From an uncultured Bacteroidales bacterium (GTDB taxonomy: Bacteria > Bacteroidota > Bacteroidia > Bacteroidales > UBA12077): 64,000 nt of DNA. The DNA is taken from NCBI GenBank assembly GCA_964585385.1, contig CAZPDP010000004.1:27574-91573 (forward strand). Reading direction: 5' to 3'. Below the pieces are notes generated by a model. The model worked only from the letters and a program-made list of their open reading frames with translations, was not told the origin of the DNA and ran no database searches. The translations under genes and the position numbers were made by a program. Of the stretch, positions 59,924 through 64,000 are shown one piece after another (positions within the stretch are counted from its first letter, which is position 1; each line of letters starts with the position of its first letter).

Positions 59924-59931
59924 CAAAAATA
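59924..59931 (-). promoter_or_regulatory. candidate -7 promoter box (TATTTTTG on the minus strand) for nifJ
   Basis: Exact TAnnTTTG match, 42 nt upstream of the nifJ ATG (59882). Confidence 0.4.
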
Positions 59932-60039
59932 TAACAAATATTTCTTCAATATACATTAGATGACTAAAATCAGAATTCCTTGTTCTAATTCATTCTCATT
60001 AAAAATAAACAATGTAACCCTGAGCAAAGAGCAGTAAAT

Positions 60040-60071
60040 AAAAAAAATGCAGGTTAATGGGTAACCTGCAT
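60040..60071 (-). terminator. intrinsic terminator after rho
   Basis: Perfect 10-bp stem ATGCAGGTTA / TAACCTGCAT (60047-60056 / 60062-60071) with a 5-nt loop. The upstream A-run gives a U-tract on the minus strand, 30 nt after the rho stop. Confidence 0.7.
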
Positions 60072-60100
60072 TTTGTCATTCTATGTGTTATAAAACATTT

Positions 60101-61708
60101 TTACTCACTATTCATTGAAATCAGAAACTCTTCGTTTGTTTCTGTTCTGGCTATTTTATCCCTGAGGAATTCCATCGCCTCAACCGATGTCATATCTGTC
60201 AGGTAATTTCTGAGTATCCAAACTTTGTTAAGCATTTCCTGGTCAAGCAGCAATTCTTCTCTTCTTGTACTTGACATTGTAATATCGATTGAAGGGAAAA
60301 TACGCTTGTTGGAAAGTTTTCTGTCGAGTTGAAGCTCCATATTTCCTGTTCCTTTGAATTCTTCAAAGATAACATCGTCCATTTTGGAACCTGTCTCAGT
60401 AAGCGCTGTAGCAAGGATAGTAAGAGACCCGCCTTCTTCGATATTTCTTGCTGCACCGAAGAACCGCTTAGGTTTATGCAGTGCATTGGCATCTACACCA
60501 CCAGAGAGTATCTTGCCTGAAGCAGGTGAAATAGTGTTGAACGCTCTTGCCAGGCGTGTAATAGAATCAAGCAGAATTACCACATCGTGTCCGCACTCAA
60601 CCATCTTTTTTGCTTTATCCAGTACAATATTGGCAACGCGAACGTGTCTCTCTGCCGGTTCATCAAATGTAGAAGATATCACCTCACCCTTAACACTTCT
60701 GGACATATCTGTCACCTCTTCGGGTCGCTCATCAATAAGAAGGACAATCATGTAAACTTCAGGATGATTGTAAGAAATTGCGTTGGCAATGTCTTTAAGC
60801 AATATGGTCTTACCGGTTTTGGGCTGAGCTACAATCAGACCTCTTTGTCCCTTGCCAATAGGCGCAAACATATCCACCATTCTGCATGATAAGGTATCTT
60901 TAACACCGGTATTGGTCAATTGAAATTTCTCTTCAGGGAATAATGGAGTAAGATAATCAAAAGGAACTCTGTCTCGGATGTAATCCGGATCCCGTCCATT
61001 TATCTTTTGAACCTTAATTAAAGGAAAATATTTCTCACCTTCTTTGGGTGGTCTGATTGTTCCTTCTACAGTATCTCCTGTTTTCAGTCCGAAAAGTTTA
61101 ATCTGCGACTGAGAAACATAAATATCATCAGGACTGTTTAAATAATTGTATTCTGCCGAGCGGAGGAATCCATATCCATCAGGCATTATTTCGAGTACAC
61201 CTGAATTTGATATGATTCCTTCAAATTCATACTGGCTTCTGTCCTGTGTTGTTTTTCTATGTCTTTGAGACCGCGAACCACTTTTCTTATCCTGGCTGGC
61301 AGGTTTATGTTGATTTTGAGACTGAGTTCTTCTCTCTTTTGAATAAGTAGGTTCTTTTTGTTTTTCTCTTTGTTTTTCTTTTTGTTGTTCTTTTTGTGGT
61401 TCTTTTTTGTCCTCTACTTTGTTTTGAGTAATGGTCTCAGTTTCTGTTGAGGAAGTAGTTTCCCTGGCAGATTTTCTTGAATCGGACTTTTTCTCTTTTT
61501 GGGTATTTTTTTGAGATTTAGCAGGTTTTTTCGAGGACTTTTTTTCTTTTGGGTCAGGGCTCTCAGTAGCGTTTATTGCTTGCTGATCAAGAATCTTATA
61601 TATTAAATCTTGTTTTCTCAATGAATCAGCTTTCTTCACGTTCAAATCCTTCGCAATCTGCCTTAATTCTGAAACCAACTTTTTGTTTAATTCAAGAATG
61701 TCGTACAT
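60101..61708 (-). CDS. rho: transcription termination factor Rho with a low-complexity N-terminal insertion
   Basis: 535 aa. Rho_[25 protein letters not shown], a K/E/Q/S-rich insert of about 114 aa, an RNA-binding CSD-like domain [15 protein letters not shown], Walker [25 protein letters not shown], and the Q/R loops. Confidence 0.95.
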   Translation of the reverse strand: MYDILELNKKLVSELRQIAKDLNVKKADSLRKQDLIYKILDQQAINATESPDPKEKKSSKKPAKSQKNTQKEKKSDSRKSARETTSSTETETITQNKVEDKKEPQKEQQKEKQREKQKEPTYSKERRTQSQNQHKPASQDKKSGSRSQRHRKTTQDRSQYEFEGIISNSGVLEIMPDGYGFLRSAEYNYLNSPDDIYVSQSQIKLFGLKTGDTVEGTIRPPKEGEKYFPLIKVQKINGRDPDYIRDRVPFDYLTPLFPEEKFQLTNTGVKDTLSCRMVDMFAPIGKGQRGLIVAQPKTGKTILLKDIANAISYNHPEVYMIVLLIDERPEEVTDMSRSVKGEVISSTFDEPAERHVRVANIVLDKAKKMVECGHDVVILLDSITRLARAFNTISPASGKILSGGVDANALHKPKRFFGAARNIEEGGSLTILATALTETGSKMDDVIFEEFKGTGNMELQLDRKLSNKRIFPSIDITMSSTRREELLLDQEMLNKVWILRNYLTDMTSVEAMEFLRDKIARTETNEEFLISMNSE

Positions 61709-61978
61709 AATTTTAAGTTAAATGGAAATTAATTTAGTTTATAAATAATTGTATTTTTATGAGATAAGGGGAAAAAGATAGTTTATCGAAAAGTAAACCT
61801 GCTGCAATAATACAGATTTCATTAAAATTACCAAAATAAAACACGAAATATTTTAAAAAATTGCATTATAAAGGTAAAAATTTTTTTTTAATTCAAGCAA
61901 ATGATTATTTTCACACATTAAAGTATAACCATTTTTATTTGGTTTACGTATCAATGTAAGCTTAATATATTAAGCCCA

Positions 61979-62842
61979 ATGAGACAACTAAAAATCATTA
62001 AACAAGTCACCAACAGAGAAGCTCTGTCGGTTGATAAATATTTGCATGAAATCAGCAAAGAGGATTTATTGACTGCAGAACAGGAAGTGGAGTTAGCCCG
62101 GAAAATCAGGAAAGGTGATGAACAGGCTCTGGAAAAGCTTATCCGGTCTAATCTTCGTTTTGTTGTTTCCGTTGCAAAGCAATACCAAAACCAGGGTTTG
62201 AGTCTTCCGGATTTAATCAACGAAGGGAATCTTGGGCTCATTAAAGCAGCGAAAAGATTTGATGAAACAAGGGGGTTTAAGTTTATCTCTTACGCTGTTT
62301 GGTGGATTCGACAATCCATACTCCAGGCGCTTGCTGAACAAGCCAGGATTGTTCGTTTGCCGCTCAACAAAATTGGTTCAATCAATAAAATAAACAGGGC
62401 GCTCTCAGAACTGGAGCAAAGACATGAAAGAGAGCCTTCTATCCAGGAAATCAGTAAGACTCTGGAACTTGCGCCGGATGAAATCAAAGAGGCCATGCGC
62501 AACTCCAGCAAGCCTCTTTCTATGGATGCTCCACTCAATGACGAGGAGCAGGACGATATGTATGATTTGATAGAAAGCAAAGAAAACCCTCCGCCGGACG
62601 AAAGCCTGATGAACGAATCACTCTACAGGGAAATTGAACGAGCCCTTTCTTCGCTTACCGAAAGAGAAGCCAATATCATAAGACTTTATTATGGTCTGGG
62701 TAACAAACATCCTTACACCCTTGAGGAAATTGGCGAAAAAATAAACCTTACGCGGGAGCGTGTGAGGCAAATTAAAGAAAAGGCCATTAAAAGGTTAAAA
62801 CACACTACCAGAAACAAAATACTCAAATCCTATCTGGGATAA
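61979..62842 (+). CDS. rpoD: primary RNA polymerase sigma factor (Bacteroidota-type short RpoD/SigA)
   Basis: 287 aa. Regions 1.2-2.4 ([50 protein letters not shown]), region 3, and region 4.2 ([27 protein letters not shown]). No region 1.1 or non-conserved insert. Confidence 0.92.
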   Translation: MRQLKIIKQVTNREALSVDKYLHEISKEDLLTAEQEVELARKIRKGDEQALEKLIRSNLRFVVSVAKQYQNQGLSLPDLINEGNLGLIKAAKRFDETRGFKFISYAVWWIRQSILQALAEQARIVRLPLNKIGSINKINRALSELEQRHEREPSIQEISKTLELAPDEIKEAMRNSSKPLSMDAPLNDEEQDDMYDLIESKENPPPDESLMNESLYREIERALSSLTEREANIIRLYYGLGNKHPYTLEEIGEKINLTRERVRQIKEKAIKRLKHTTRNKILKSYLG

Positions 62843-62857
62843 CAAACATTTACTTAT

Positions 62858-62893
62858 AAGTGTCATAACTTTAAACCCTATGACACTTTTTTT
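62858..62893 (+). terminator. intrinsic terminator after rpoD
   Basis: Perfect 10-bp stem AAGTGTCATA / TATGACACTT (62858-62867 / 62879-62888) followed by TTTTT. Confidence 0.7.
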
Positions 62894-62911
62894 CATTTAA
62901 AAAAATCCTCG

Positions 62912-63964
62912 ATGAACTTAACTATTTCAGACCTGCCCCTCATTAGCAATGGTTATAAAGGGACAGGAGGCATAATCAAAGCAGAATATAAACATTTTAT
63001 AGTGGATGAAATACCTGCCTACCTTCCATCAGGCGAAGGAGAGCATTTGTTTGTTAACCTGACCAAAACAGGAATTACCACAAAAGAAGTGCAAAAAGCC
63101 CTCGCCGGATTATACGACATTCCTTCCAGAGATGTGGAATTTGCGGGAATCAAAGATAAAAATGCGGTTACTTCTCAGTATTTCAGTGTCTGGTTATCAG
63201 AAAACCAAGACAAAGAGCGGGTATATGAACTGGAAAATCAATTGCCGGTTAAGATTAACTCGATGGCCTTCCACAACCGGAAAATTAAAAGCGGACATCT
63301 AAAAGGCAATGCTTTTCGCATAAAAATAACCGGTATAGAGATACCTTTGGAAGAAGCGGAGGATCGAGCAAAGAAAATTGTTGAAGTAATTCACCAAAAA
63401 GGCATTCCTAATTATTATGGTGAACAACGCTTTGGGATGCACGGGGATAATGCTGAAAAGGGTCTGAAAATTCTGAAAGGAAAGGAAATAATTAAAAACA
63501 AATGGTTGAAACGTTTTCTCTTGTCTAGCTATCAGAGTTACTTATTTAATTATTATCTAAAGAAGCGAATCGATAACCGGTTATTTGATAAGATTCTTAC
63601 TGGTGATGTTGCCAAAAAGCAGGATACCGGGGGAATATTCATTGTAGATGACAAAGAAGAAGAACAAAAAAGACTGGATAACAAGGAAATTTGTTTTACC
63701 GGGCCTATTTTTGGAAAAAAGATGAAGCAGGCAATTGATGAGGCCGGAACATTTGAAAATTCCATACTTACTGAAAATGAAGTTACGCTGGAAGAATTTA
63801 AAAATGCCAAACTAACAGGAACCCGCAGGGCAGGAATCATTCTGCCCAAAATTGAAGTCACCAGAGAGGAAGATGGATTAATACTTGGTTTTGAACTGCC
63901 AAAAGGAGCTTTTGCTACAGTAGTTTTAAGGGAAATCATGAAAAGTGAGGTAAATACCGATTAG
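62912..63964 (+). CDS. truD: tRNA pseudouridine(13) synthase TruD
   Basis: 350 aa. Catalytic-Asp motif FAGIKDKNAVTSQ, NYYGEQRFG, and the TruD insertion domain pattern. Confidence 0.9.
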   Translation: MNLTISDLPLISNGYKGTGGIIKAEYKHFIVDEIPAYLPSGEGEHLFVNLTKTGITTKEVQKALAGLYDIPSRDVEFAGIKDKNAVTSQYFSVWLSENQDKERVYELENQLPVKINSMAFHNRKIKSGHLKGNAFRIKITGIEIPLEEAEDRAKKIVEVIHQKGIPNYYGEQRFGMHGDNAEKGLKILKGKEIIKNKWLKRFLLSSYQSYLFNYYLKKRIDNRLFDKILTGDVAKKQDTGGIFIVDDKEEEQKRLDNKEICFTGPIFGKKMKQAIDEAGTFENSILTENEVTLEEFKNAKLTGTRRAGIILPKIEVTREEDGLILGFELPKGAFATVVLREIMKSEVNTD

Positions 63965-64000
63965 TTTTCTATTTTTGCTTCAAAAAATATGAGCCACCTA

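Overview
AT-rich chromosomal core segment that reads as Bacteroidota. Supporting features: the gene order rpsU - xer-like recombinase - hpf - tRNA Thr/Tyr/Gly/Thr - tuf - tRNA-Trp - secE - nusG - rplKAJL - rpoBC - DUF3467; a short 287-aa primary sigma factor; a Rho with a low-complexity N-terminal insertion; PorT-like and DUF3078 envelope proteins; and exact TAnnTTTG -7 boxes upstream of many genes. I call 47 protein-coding genes (one cut by the left edge), 5 tRNAs, 11 hairpin terminators/attenuators and 12 candidate promoters. Content is mostly housekeeping: replication and transcription (gyrB, rpoBC, rho, rpoD, nusG); translation (rplKAJL, rpsU, tuf, hpf, truD, a TrmH-family methyltransferase); nucleotide and cofactor metabolism (purL, gmk, nadD); anaerobic-style energy metabolism (pyruvate:ferredoxin oxidoreductase, EtfAB with a membrane Fe-S oxidoreductase and an acyl-CoA dehydrogenase, class I aldolase, tryptophanase); and envelope proteins (Omp85, porin-like barrels, a TPR giant). 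I found no CRISPR array, IS element, prophage, toxin-antitoxin pair or defence island, and no obviously novel multi-gene system. The most unusual items are: (1) a stand-alone OadA/5S-type carboxyltransferase whose C-terminal biotinyl-like domain lacks the biotin-acceptor lysine (IESNNT in place of EAMKM); (2) the 640-nt gene-free stretch upstream of it, with a GC-rich structured island, a long AT-rich inverted repeat and a terminator hairpin (candidate sRNA or leader); (3) an etfBA - membrane Fe-S/CCG oxidoreductase - acyl-CoA dehydrogenase module that looks like a non-canonical ETF:quinone link. All family assignments come from motif recognition by eye and memory. No database search was run.
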